From Pseudomonadota bacterium (lineage in GTDB: Bacteria > Pseudomonadota > Alphaproteobacteria > Paracaedibacterales > UBA11393), in assembly GCA_018061565.1 (NCBI GenBank), contig JAGOTX010000002.1, forward strand, positions 1 through 39,152: a stretch of 39,152 bases of DNA. Reading direction: 5' to 3'. Shown piece by piece: positions 22,258 through 29,554 of the stretch. The translations under genes and the position numbers were made by a program. The notes beneath the pieces were generated by a model. The model was not told the DNA's origin and did not search any database. It worked only from the letters and a program-made list of their open reading frames with translations. How positions within the stretch are numbered: position 1 is the first letter of the stretch; each line of letters begins with the position of its first letter.

Positions 22258-22277
22258 ATTCCTGCTTTCGCAGGAAT
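22258..22277. repeat. perfect 8-bp stem palindrome with 4-nt loop (ATTCCTGC-TTTC-GCAGGAAT), REP-like element or intercistronic hairpin
   Basis: Read directly from the sequence. On the transcribed (minus) strand the loop is GAAA (GNRA type). It lies 14 nt downstream of the paralog B stop. A T-run follows only on the plus strand. Confidence 0.5.
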
Positions 22278-22291
22278 GACGTTTTTTTGGA

Positions 22292-22819
22292 TTAATCTTT
22301 CTTTTTTTCTGCTTTACTTTTTTTAATGAAGGGTTCTTTTTCTGGATTATTATCTAAATCTTTTTTTAAATACCCCAAAGACCTATCACTTTTTCTGGAA
22401 TCAGAAGAGGATTCTGAATCAGATCTTTGAAATAAATTTAAAATTGGATCATACCAATGTTTTTCTATAATTATGGGAGCTGTTGAACGGCAAATAAGAG
22501 ATGTAGACGTACGATCATAATAATTTTTAAGGTAATCAACTGCCTGTATATAAGATTGTCCCTGAGCAAATTTTCGTAAGATATTGGGAGTATAACCTCT
22601 AGCCTTACCTTCTTGGAATTTATCCATTAATGATTCATACGTTTCTGTTTCTGTAGTGATAAGATATTGAACAATACGCCGAGCATCTCCAACAGAAACA
22701 TCTTTGTAGGGTGTTTTTCTAAACCGCTCCTCAAGTAGTAATATTTGCTGTTCTGAAAAAACATTCTCAGATCCAAAAACAACACAGACAATGCCACAAA
22801 ATAGAATAATATACTTCAT
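22292..22819 (-). CDS. small secreted protein, paralog B (unknown family)
   Basis: I prefer the ATG at 22819 (MKYIILFCGIVCVVFGSENV...), preceded by GGGAGAAAAC. It is 175 aa. It shares TPY..V.V...R.IVQYL...TET.ESLM...YLKNYY...HWYDPILNLFQRSDSESSSDSR.S..SLGYLKKD.DNN.EK.P.I.KSK..KKKD with paralog A. Confidence 0.6.
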   Translation of the reverse strand: MKYIILFCGIVCVVFGSENVFSEQQILLLEERFRKTPYKDVSVGDARRIVQYLITTETETYESLMDKFQEGKARGYTPNILRKFAQGQSYIQAVDYLKNYYDRTSTSLICRSTAPIIIEKHWYDPILNLFQRSDSESSSDSRKSDRSLGYLKKDLDNNPEKEPFIKKSKAEKKKD

Positions 22820-22830
22820 TGTTTTCTCCC

Positions 22831-24117
22831 TTAAACATAATTCTTTATTTTTTTTTCCATCATAATATAACATTTTTTTTGAGCAGAAGAATAACTCCAA
22901 CACTTTTTGAAAGTATCTACTATATAGATGCTCATAGTTTTTATATAATTTTTGCGATTTTCGTTTTCTTGAAGAATTTTTGATTTCTCGTACAATTTTT
23001 GAATCATATCGTCTGGAACTTTTTCAATATCGTCATTATTCAAAAGGTAAAAAATGGAGTGAAAAGAGGCACTAATAGCATCGAAAATAAAAATGGTTAA
23101 AGTTGATATAAAGGTAATAATAGACAAAGGGATGATTGTTGGCGATAATTGGTTTGACTGTTTTGTTTTATAAGCCTGAGCTGTTATATTAAAAAAAGTT
23201 TCATCTTCGCTTTTAAAAGACAAATCCATTGTTATATTGCTTAAAATAGTGGTGTTTAATATATTAAGAGATGAATTTGTCCAAGAAACTAACCCTATAT
23301 TTTCTATGACTACTGCAGTTGGCGTTAATTGATAAACTAAAACAAACACACATAGGCCACTTAAGAAAGCTACAATTGGCTTTGTAATAACAACAAAACG
23401 ATCGAACCTATCCGTGGACCAATTTTTTGACTCTGCATCAAGAAATGTATTTTTTGTAAAATCTAATAACGCTTCTTCTTCAATACTTTTTCTCCAAGCG
23501 TTTAATATATCGATATCTTTCCTGTTAGCCTTGTCATCAGAGCATAAATTGGTTAGTTTATTAAAAACAACATCAACCATACCTCGGTCTTGGCAACTAT
23601 CTATTGATAGTATTCCTTCAAAATATATATCTTTTACAGAATTTCCTTCAAAAAAAACTTCAGATCTCCATTTTGCCCTATCATCTTTAGATTTTTCGTC
23701 ATAGAGAAATTTTTCTGCAATGTCAAAAAAATCAGAAGAACTCCCAGAGCTGAACACTGGAGCCCAAAGATAACTTTTGCTATATTTTTTTCCTTTTTTT
23801 GTACCAAAAATACCAGAGAACATCGATGGATCTATAAACTGTTCTCTTACTTTCTTAGCATGCACATCATCCAACTCTCTCCCTTCAACAAAAGCATCAT
23901 AAATTATTTGATAAGGATTAGCAGGGTCTTTTTGAACATCTATGACATCTAAAGAAATTCTTACAACTCTTTCTGTCTGATCTAAAATGAAAGGATTTTG
24001 TCCTCTCTCATTTTCAGATCCAAGTATAATTGAAAAAGAAAGAATTATAAGAAACACTAACGATTTCACACAAAACTTAAACACTGCACACCATCCTGAT
24101 TTTAAACTTCTTTTCAT
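22831..24117 (-). CDS. hypothetical multi-pass membrane protein (428 aa), first gene of the minus-strand block containing tssKLMA
   Basis: It has an N-terminal signal/anchor (LVFLIILSFSIILG), a ~210-aa soluble region, at least two strongly hydrophobic helices (PIVAFLSGLCVFVLVYQL; IIPLSIITFISTLTIFIFDAISASF) and a charged C-terminus. I recognise no family signature. Confidence 0.55.
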   Translation of the reverse strand: MKRSLKSGWCAVFKFCVKSLVFLIILSFSIILGSENERGQNPFILDQTERVVRISLDVIDVQKDPANPYQIIYDAFVEGRELDDVHAKKVREQFIDPSMFSGIFGTKKGKKYSKSYLWAPVFSSGSSSDFFDIAEKFLYDEKSKDDRAKWRSEVFFEGNSVKDIYFEGILSIDSCQDRGMVDVVFNKLTNLCSDDKANRKDIDILNAWRKSIEEEALLDFTKNTFLDAESKNWSTDRFDRFVVITKPIVAFLSGLCVFVLVYQLTPTAVVIENIGLVSWTNSSLNILNTTILSNITMDLSFKSEDETFFNITAQAYKTKQSNQLSPTIIPLSIITFISTLTIFIFDAISASFHSIFYLLNNDDIEKVPDDMIQKLYEKSKILQENENRKNYIKTMSIYIVDTFKKCWSYSSAQKKCYIMMEKKIKNYV

Positions 24118-24157
24118 GCTTTTGATCCTTTCTTTTTGAGGACCTTTAACTAGTCTC

Positions 24158-24186
24158 TGTATAATACACGTGCATTAAAAAGTCAA
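24158..24186 (-). promoter_or_regulatory. putative sigma70-type promoter for the 428-aa gene / T6SS-associated block
   Basis: On the minus strand the sequence reads TTGACT-N17-TATACA. The -35 is at 24186..24181 and the -10 at 24163..24158, about 40 nt upstream of the ATG at 24117. This is pattern-only evidence. Confidence 0.3.
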
Positions 24187-24205
24187 GAGTTTATTTAACT
24201 TATTA

Positions 24206-24234
24206 TTGACCATCTATATGAAGTATATTAGTAT
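24206..24234 (+). promoter_or_regulatory. putative sigma70-type promoter for the VOC-family gene
   Basis: The sequence reads TTGACC (24206..24211)-N17-TAGTAT (24229..24234), 30 nt upstream of the ATG at 24264. It is divergent from the promoter candidate above. This is pattern-only evidence. Confidence 0.3.
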
Positions 24235-24263
24235 GAAGTCATTTCTAATAAGCAAAAAAACAA

Positions 24264-24662
24264 ATGAATAAATCATATTTACCAACATTAACACCTTATT
24301 TAACTGTAAAAAATGCAAAAGACGCTATAACCTTTTATGAGAATGCTTTTGGTTTTGTTTGGCATAACAAAAATGAATGCAAAGAAGAACCAGAACATGT
24401 TGAAATGTCATACAAAGATGCCTTTATTATGTTTGCACAAGAAGGGGCGTTTGGTGGAACAACAAAAGCGCCAATCACCCTTGGTGTTGAATGTTCTATG
24501 AATCTTTATTTGTATTGTGATGATGTTGATGCTTTCTTTAAAAATTCACTCAAACATGGAGCTATATCCTTAATGGAACCCCATGATGCCTTTTGGGGAG
24601 ATCGAGTTTGCGCGCTTAAAGACCTGAACGGTTTCATGTGGATGTTTGCCAAAAAACCTTAA
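24264..24662 (+). CDS. VOC (glyoxalase/bleomycin-resistance/PhnB-like) family protein
   Basis: 132 aa. The N-terminal LTPYLTVKNAKDAITFYENAFGF and C-terminal FWGDRVCALKDLNGFMWMF are typical of PhnB-like VOC proteins. Confidence 0.7.
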   Translation: MNKSYLPTLTPYLTVKNAKDAITFYENAFGFVWHNKNECKEEPEHVEMSYKDAFIMFAQEGAFGGTTKAPITLGVECSMNLYLYCDDVDAFFKNSLKHGAISLMEPHDAFWGDRVCALKDLNGFMWMFAKKP

Positions 24663-24749
24663 CATAAGCGCTTTTTGTTTGAAGCATTCCTTAAAATTTG
24701 AGTATAATAAAAAGGTAACCATATAAGATTTATGGATAAATCCTCATAT

Positions 24750-24823
24750 TGGGGGATAGTTTAGCGGTAGAACTCCCGGCTCTGGACCGGGCAGCCCCGG
24801 TTCGAATCCAGGTCCCCCAGCCA
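24750..24823 (+). tRNA. tRNA-Gln (anticodon CUG)
   Basis: I folded a 74-nt cloverleaf by hand. The acceptor stem is TGGGGGA/TCCCCCA with the bacterial tRNA-Gln U1:A72 pair, discriminator G73 and an encoded CCA. The D-stem is GTTT/GAAC. The anticodon stem is CCCGG/CCGGG with loop CTCTGGA, giving anticodon CTG. The T-loop is TTCGAAT, and the T-stem CCCGG/CCAGG has one C:A mismatch. Confidence 0.9.
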
Positions 24824-24842
24824 AAGAATAGGATAATGCCTC

Positions 24843-26642
24843 ATGAAAAACAAAGGAAAAAAGCCCTTAAAAAAGATTCATCTTTTAAATGCTTCTTCAA
24901 ACAATTCAATAATGATTGGTGTGGTTGAAAAAGTATCCGATGAGGAGGCTTTAATTTATTCTCTTCATAGAAAAGATCCTTTTCCAGGGGTTCGTTTAGA
25001 TGGCAAACACGTTAAAACGTTAAACAATAATGATGTTATTCTTTATCAATTAACAGAAGAATTTAATTTAATTGAAAAAATCGGGTCCTTTAATGATGCA
25101 TCGATGTTTTCAAAAATAGCTATTCATCGTAATAAAATTCCCTTTGAATTTAATGAACACTGTATTTTAGAGGCAAAAAAGGGAAAAGTTCCCCCCCCTT
25201 CTAAACACAGAGAAGATTTAAGAAACATTCCTTTTGTAACAATTGATGGTGAAGATGCAAAAGATTTTGATGATGCTGTTTTTGCAGAGCCTCTAACAAA
25301 CAATGGATGGCGTATTATTGTCGCCATTGCAGACGTTAGCCATTATGTAGAAATGGGATCACATTTAGACCATGAAGCCAGAAAACGGGGCAATTCTGTC
25401 TATTTTCCAAATACCGTTGTTCCAATGCTGCCCCATGATCTGTCAGATGATTTATGTTCCTTAAGACCAAACGAAGATCGTGCCGTTTTATGTGTGGATA
25501 TGCACATTTCAGAAAGTGGAAAAATTGTTGATTTTAGATTTTCAAGAGCCCTTATAAGATCATGCGCAAGACTAACTTATCAACAAGTAGAAAATGCGAT
25601 TAATGATCAATGGAGCAGCAAAACAAAACATTTAAAAACTGAAATTTTAAACCTTTATGGTGCGTTTAAAACCCTTAAAAAAGCAAGTATTGAACGGGGA
25701 ACAATTAATTTATTTTTGCCTGAATATAAAATTGATTTTGATCAAACCCGTTGGCCTAAGTCCATTTATGCGTCTAAAGATTTAACAAGCCACCATATTA
25801 TTGAAGAAATGATGATTCTAGCCAACGTGTGTGCTGCTAAAATTCTTTTAAAAAAGAAAGAGCCAACAATTTTTAGAATTCATGAAGCACCAGATGCAAC
25901 ACGCTTTTTAAACCTTTCAAACGTCATAAAATCGCTGGGATTTAAAGTACCAAGTGGAAGATTATCCCCTCCCTTGTTTAATGAAATTTTAAAAAAAGTT
26001 AAGGGAACCAATCACGAAACACTTGTTCAAGAATTGGTTTTAAGAACACAAGCACAAGCAAAGTATGCCCCTAAAAATGTTGGGCACTTTGGCCTTAGTC
26101 TTGACCACTACTGCCATTTTACGTCTCCCATCAGAAGATATGCAGACCTTGTTGTGCATAGAAGTTTAATTCATTGCTTAAGTCTTGATTCATCAAAAAA
26201 AGCAGCAGATGAAGAAGAACTTCTTCAAATTGCAGACCATATTTCAGCGACAGAACGCGTAGCTTCTAAAGCGGAAAGGGAAACATTTGAACGTTTTGTT
26301 ATTTACTATTTAAAAGCGCATGAAAATAGACTTTTTGAAGGTGTAATATCCGGTGTAACGGTAAACGGACTGTTTATAAAAATAATTGAAAATGGAGCAG
26401 AAGGTTTTCTGCCTGTAAGAGACCTTAAAGATGATTTTTATTATTTTGATGAAGATCACCATCGTTTTATTGGACGACGCCAAAAAAAGACTTATCAGCT
26501 TGGCCAACTTGTTATGGTTAAGATTTTAAACGCAAACCCAATATTGTGTACTCTTGATTTAGAAATAGAAGTCAAAAGCGACAAAAAAGCGTTTAAGAAA
26601 AAAAACAGATATAAAAATAAGATTTTATCCAAAATAAGTTGA
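24843..26642 (+). CDS. rnr: ribonuclease R / RNase II-family 3'-5' exoribonuclease (short form)
   Basis: It has RNB-domain motifs (VTIDGEDAKDFDDAV, RGNSVYFPNTVVPMLP, HFGLSLDHYCHFTSPIRRYADLVVHR), a C-terminal S1 domain (FEGVISGVTVNGLFIKI...GFLPV) and a Lys-rich tail. At 599 aa it lacks the usual N-terminal extension. Confidence 0.85.
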   Translation: MKNKGKKPLKKIHLLNASSNNSIMIGVVEKVSDEEALIYSLHRKDPFPGVRLDGKHVKTLNNNDVILYQLTEEFNLIEKIGSFNDASMFSKIAIHRNKIPFEFNEHCILEAKKGKVPPPSKHREDLRNIPFVTIDGEDAKDFDDAVFAEPLTNNGWRIIVAIADVSHYVEMGSHLDHEARKRGNSVYFPNTVVPMLPHDLSDDLCSLRPNEDRAVLCVDMHISESGKIVDFRFSRALIRSCARLTYQQVENAINDQWSSKTKHLKTEILNLYGAFKTLKKASIERGTINLFLPEYKIDFDQTRWPKSIYASKDLTSHHIIEEMMILANVCAAKILLKKKEPTIFRIHEAPDATRFLNLSNVIKSLGFKVPSGRLSPPLFNEILKKVKGTNHETLVQELVLRTQAQAKYAPKNVGHFGLSLDHYCHFTSPIRRYADLVVHRSLIHCLSLDSSKKAADEEELLQIADHISATERVASKAERETFERFVIYYLKAHENRLFEGVISGVTVNGLFIKIIENGAEGFLPVRDLKDDFYYFDEDHHRFIGRRQKKTYQLGQLVMVKILNANPILCTLDLEIEVKSDKKAFKKKNRYKNKILSKIS

Positions 26643-26744
26643 TAAAATTTAAAAAATCTTGTTCTTCTTAACTTTTTGTTAATCTTTCATGTGCTAATCT
26701 AACAATAGAACGATGAGATCTTAAGTGATTAAGGTCGATAAAAA

Positions 26745-27040
26745 TTCCGTTTTAGAGGGCCGCAATAGGCGGGGAGGAATTAATCGCGATTCCTTGACCA
26801 TAGTCATACCTTAAGAAAAAGCTTAAGGAACAATGCCCTTCGAACCTACTTTGGGTAGAAACACCTTGTATACAGGTGAGAGTCTACTTGATTTGCCAAA
26901 TGGCTTCAACCCATTTGGTTGGCACCGCTGTCTCTTTTTTTAAAAAAGACGAACATGTGTCCGGGTGACTATTGCTTCGTGTGAGGCGGAGGGGCGGACA
27001 ATGGCGATTTGGGAGCTTAGGCGGACCCCATCAGAAAACA
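26745..27040. ncRNA. candidate structured non-coding RNA of unassigned family in a 459-bp convergent intergenic gap
   Basis: The region is locally GC-enriched relative to its AT-rich surroundings. It has five consecutive perfect hairpins at 26777..26794, 26810..26829, 26847..26859, 26863..26879 and 26897..26919, followed by a T-run (26936..26942) and a GGCGGA-repeat G-rich segment. A possible promoter is TTGTTA-N18-TAACAA at ~26678..26707. The strand is undetermined. I could not match tmRNA, RNase P or SRP signatures. Confidence 0.3.
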
Positions 27041-27101
27041 AAACTATTCAAAAATCAATAAGCCTCTTTGCCTCAATCAAAATTAAGAGTTCTTTAAATT
27101 T

Positions 27102-27578
27102 TTATCGGATCAATTCAACAGGAATTCCAGATTGCTTTTTAGCTGACCGAACAACCATTCTTGTTTTAATCTGATTCACATTTTCAAGTTTTGCCAAATA
27201 AGTAGACAAAAATTGTTGATATTCATCAAAATCGTGTGTGACTATTTTTACCAAAAAATCATATCCACCTGTAATCATATAACATTCACGAATAAGCGGC
27301 CATTTTTGAACTATTTCTTCAAAACTCCTTAAATCTGATTCGTTTTGACTATTAAGTCCAACTTCGCAAAAAATTGTAACAGAAAAACCTAAAACAGGTG
27401 CATTAAGAACCGCGTGATAAGAAGAAATAAGCCCAGCATCTTCCAGGTTTTTAACGCGTCTCAAACAAGGAGGGGCAGAAATACCAACACGTTTGGATAA
27501 TTCAATATTCGTAATTCTACCGTTTTCTTGAAGTTCAGAAAGTATTTTTAAGTCAATTTTATCAAGTTTATGTATCAT
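27102..27578 (-). CDS. Lrp/AsnC-family transcriptional regulator
   Basis: 158 aa. LDKIDLKILSELQENGRITNIELSKRVGISAPPCLRRVKNLEDAGLI is the classic AsnC-type HTH. It is followed by a RAM/ligand-binding domain. Confidence 0.9.
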   Translation of the reverse strand: MIHKLDKIDLKILSELQENGRITNIELSKRVGISAPPCLRRVKNLEDAGLISSYHAVLNAPVLGFSVTIFCEVGLNSQNESDLRSFEEIVQKWPLIRECYMITGGYDFLVKIVTHDFDEYQQFLSTYLAKLENVNQIKTRMVVRSAKKQSGIPVELIR

Positions 27579-27701
27579 TTTTTATTTTTATTTTTAGTTT
27601 TATGGGCTAATTGTATTATATTTTAAAAAAAATGTTAAGCCTATTTTTTAAATACAGCAGACAAATAATAATTATATGACCATAAATTAAAATTATATAT
27701 T

Positions 27702-28130
27702 TTATGAAATAATATTTTTGCTTAATTTTTCTTCTAAAGTTTGATCTCTGCCCTTATCAACCCATTGATTATTAACAAAAACTTGTTTAAAAACAGAAAC
27801 AGTTATATCAGAATTATCTTTTATTTTTATAAGAATCTTTTCTCTTATATTCTTATCATTTTTAGTATGCCAATCGGTTGAAAGAATTCCACCATTATAA
27901 TCGGATGTTTGAATTGGAAATTCTTTTATAACTTCAAGTGATGCATTCCATAAGTCATCCTTCTTTTTGGATGATTCACTTTTAAAAATTGAAAATCCAT
28001 TATCACTCAACGCCCCAAAACTAAAGTCTCTCTCCTCACGTTGATCGAGTCTTGGATTTTGCTTTCCTCCTGTACACGAACAAAGCACAACACTTATAAA
28101 AAAGCTTGTCAAAAAATTTATCTTAAACAT
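27702..28130 (-). CDS. putative lipoprotein (unknown function)
   Basis: It has a signal peptide with a lipobox-like VLCSC, then TGGKQ. It is 142 aa and lies immediately downstream of ntrX. I cannot assign a family with confidence. Confidence 0.45.
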   Translation of the reverse strand: MFKINFLTSFFISVVLCSCTGGKQNPRLDQREERDFSFGALSDNGFSIFKSESSKKKDDLWNASLEVIKEFPIQTSDYNGGILSTDWHTKNDKNIREKILIKIKDNSDITVSVFKQVFVNNQWVDKGRDQTLEEKLSKNIIS

Positions 28131-28144
28131 TTTATTTTCCCCAC

Positions 28145-29548
28145 TTATTCTATTATTTGATCATCTTTAGAGTCGGTAATGCCGAGTAGCTTTAACTTTC
28201 TGTGAAGCGCAGAACGTTCCATACCAACAAAACGAGATGTTTGCGTTATATTACCCGAAAACCGATTAATTTGCGCCTGTAAATAATCGCGTTCAAAAAT
28301 TTCTCTGGCTTCCTTTATGGGTAAAATCGCCAGTTCCGATGTTGACGATTTTTTAAGAAGAATATTTTTAGATGCTTGTAAAAGGTCCATTGGTAGCATT
28401 TCTTTTGTGATAATCGTATCTTGTTTATCTTGAACAGAAATTAATGTCCATTCCACAATATTTTTAAGTTCAGATAAGTTATTTGGCCAACTATAAACTT
28501 GTAAAAACGCAATAGCATCCTCAGAGAAAGAACGCCTTAAACATCCATACCGTTTGGCATATTGATCACACACTGTTGAAATCATAATTTTTAAATCAGA
28601 TGAACGTTCTTTTAAAGCTGGAACCTGGATAGATAAAACATTTAATCGATAAAACAAATCTTCTCTAAAATGCCCATCACCAATAAGATCTTGTATATTC
28701 TGCGAAGAACTTGCCATAAAACGAATATTCACTTTTATTTTTTGATTGGATCCCAGTCTTGAAAACTGTTCCTCAACTAAAAGCTTTGTAATTTTTGCTT
28801 GAACAGGCAGTGGCAACGCTGTAATTTCACTAAAAAATAATGTTCCTTGATGCGCTTGTTCAATAAGACCAATACGCCTTGGACGGTCATCCTCTAAGTC
28901 AAATTCGGCCCCAAAAAGTTCTGCTTCCAATTCATGGGGGAAAATATGCGCACAATTAACAACAATAAAAGGCTGGCCAGATTTTGAGGATCTTTCATGG
29001 ATGCATTTTGCAAGCTGTTCTTTACCGCTTCCTGATGGGCCTGAAAAAAATATTCGCCAATTATTAGCGGATGCTTTTTCCACATCTTGCTTTAAACGAT
29101 TAACCACAGGCGTTGAACCAATAAGATTTAGATTAATATCTTCATATTTTTTTAAAGATTCATTTTCCCTCTTTAGCCGAGAAGATTCAATCGCACGTTC
29201 AATTGTTATCAATAACTTATCTGTTTGAAAGGGTTTTTCAATAAAATCGTATGCACCTTTTTTAATAGCAGAAACAGCCGTTGAAATGGTTGCATGCCCA
29301 CTAATCATAATAACGGGAACAAACGGTAAGTCCCTTTTAATTTCTTCTAAAATTTTAAGACCATCATGTTCACTATCACCAAGCCATACATCTAATATAA
29401 CAAGATGCGGTTGACGAAGCCGAATTTGTTCAATCGCTAAGTATCCGCTTTCAGCAGTACGCGTTTCATAACCTTCGTCTTCTAAAATTCCAGAAATTAA
29501 TTCTCTGATGTCTTTTTCATCATCAACAACTAAAATGTCATACGCCAT
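28145..29548 (-). CDS. ntrX: response regulator NtrX (receiver + AAA+ + Fis-type HTH)
   Basis: MAYDILVVDDEKDIRELISGILEDEGYETRTA closely resembles alphaproteobacterial NtrX N-termini. It has Walker A GPSGSGKE. The GAFTGA sigma54-contact loop is absent (FGAEFDLEDDRPRRIG), as in known NtrX. It has a C-terminal HTH. Confidence 0.85.
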   Translation of the reverse strand: MAYDILVVDDEKDIRELISGILEDEGYETRTAESGYLAIEQIRLRQPHLVILDVWLGDSEHDGLKILEEIKRDLPFVPVIMISGHATISTAVSAIKKGAYDFIEKPFQTDKLLITIERAIESSRLKRENESLKKYEDINLNLIGSTPVVNRLKQDVEKASANNWRIFFSGPSGSGKEQLAKCIHERSSKSGQPFIVVNCAHIFPHELEAELFGAEFDLEDDRPRRIGLIEQAHQGTLFFSEITALPLPVQAKITKLLVEEQFSRLGSNQKIKVNIRFMASSSQNIQDLIGDGHFREDLFYRLNVLSIQVPALKERSSDLKIMISTVCDQYAKRYGCLRRSFSEDAIAFLQVYSWPNNLSELKNIVEWTLISVQDKQDTIITKEMLPMDLLQASKNILLKKSSTSELAILPIKEAREIFERDYLQAQINRFSGNITQTSRFVGMERSALHRKLKLLGITDSKDDQIIE

Positions 29549-29554
29549 CTTTAA

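Noticed and set aside
22099-22903. Longer N-terminal extensions of the listed ORFs 21568..22125 and 22292..22903
   Set aside because: The extensions precede excellent SD-ATG-signal-peptide starts at 22098 and 22819. The 22903 start would overlap the upstream 428-aa gene by 73 nt.
24750-24823. tRNA-Gln as the integration site of a genomic island carrying the T6SS block
   Set aside because: The T6SS block lies on the 5' side of the tRNA. I see no integrase, no direct repeat of the tRNA 3' end, and no compositional break.
26921-26935. Sigma54-like TGGCAC element
   Set aside because: The -12 element is wrong: GG-N10 is followed by TC, not GC. No gene lies downstream.
26745-27040. Two-piece (permuted) alphaproteobacterial tmRNA, RNase P RNA or SRP RNA as the identity of the structured intergenic region
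   Set aside because: Neither strand has a TCCACCA-type acceptor 3' end, a paired T-arm around the single TTCGAA, or a tag ORF ending in hydrophobic Ala-Ala plus stop. There is no GGAAAGTCC / ACAGAA.CCGGCTTA P4 pair. There is no GGAAGCAGCC SRP motif. I kept it only as an unassigned ncRNA candidate.
26965-27174. ORF 26965..27174(+) of 69 aa
   Set aside because: It spans the G-rich part of the putative RNA region and runs antisense into the lrp 3' end. It has no RBS.
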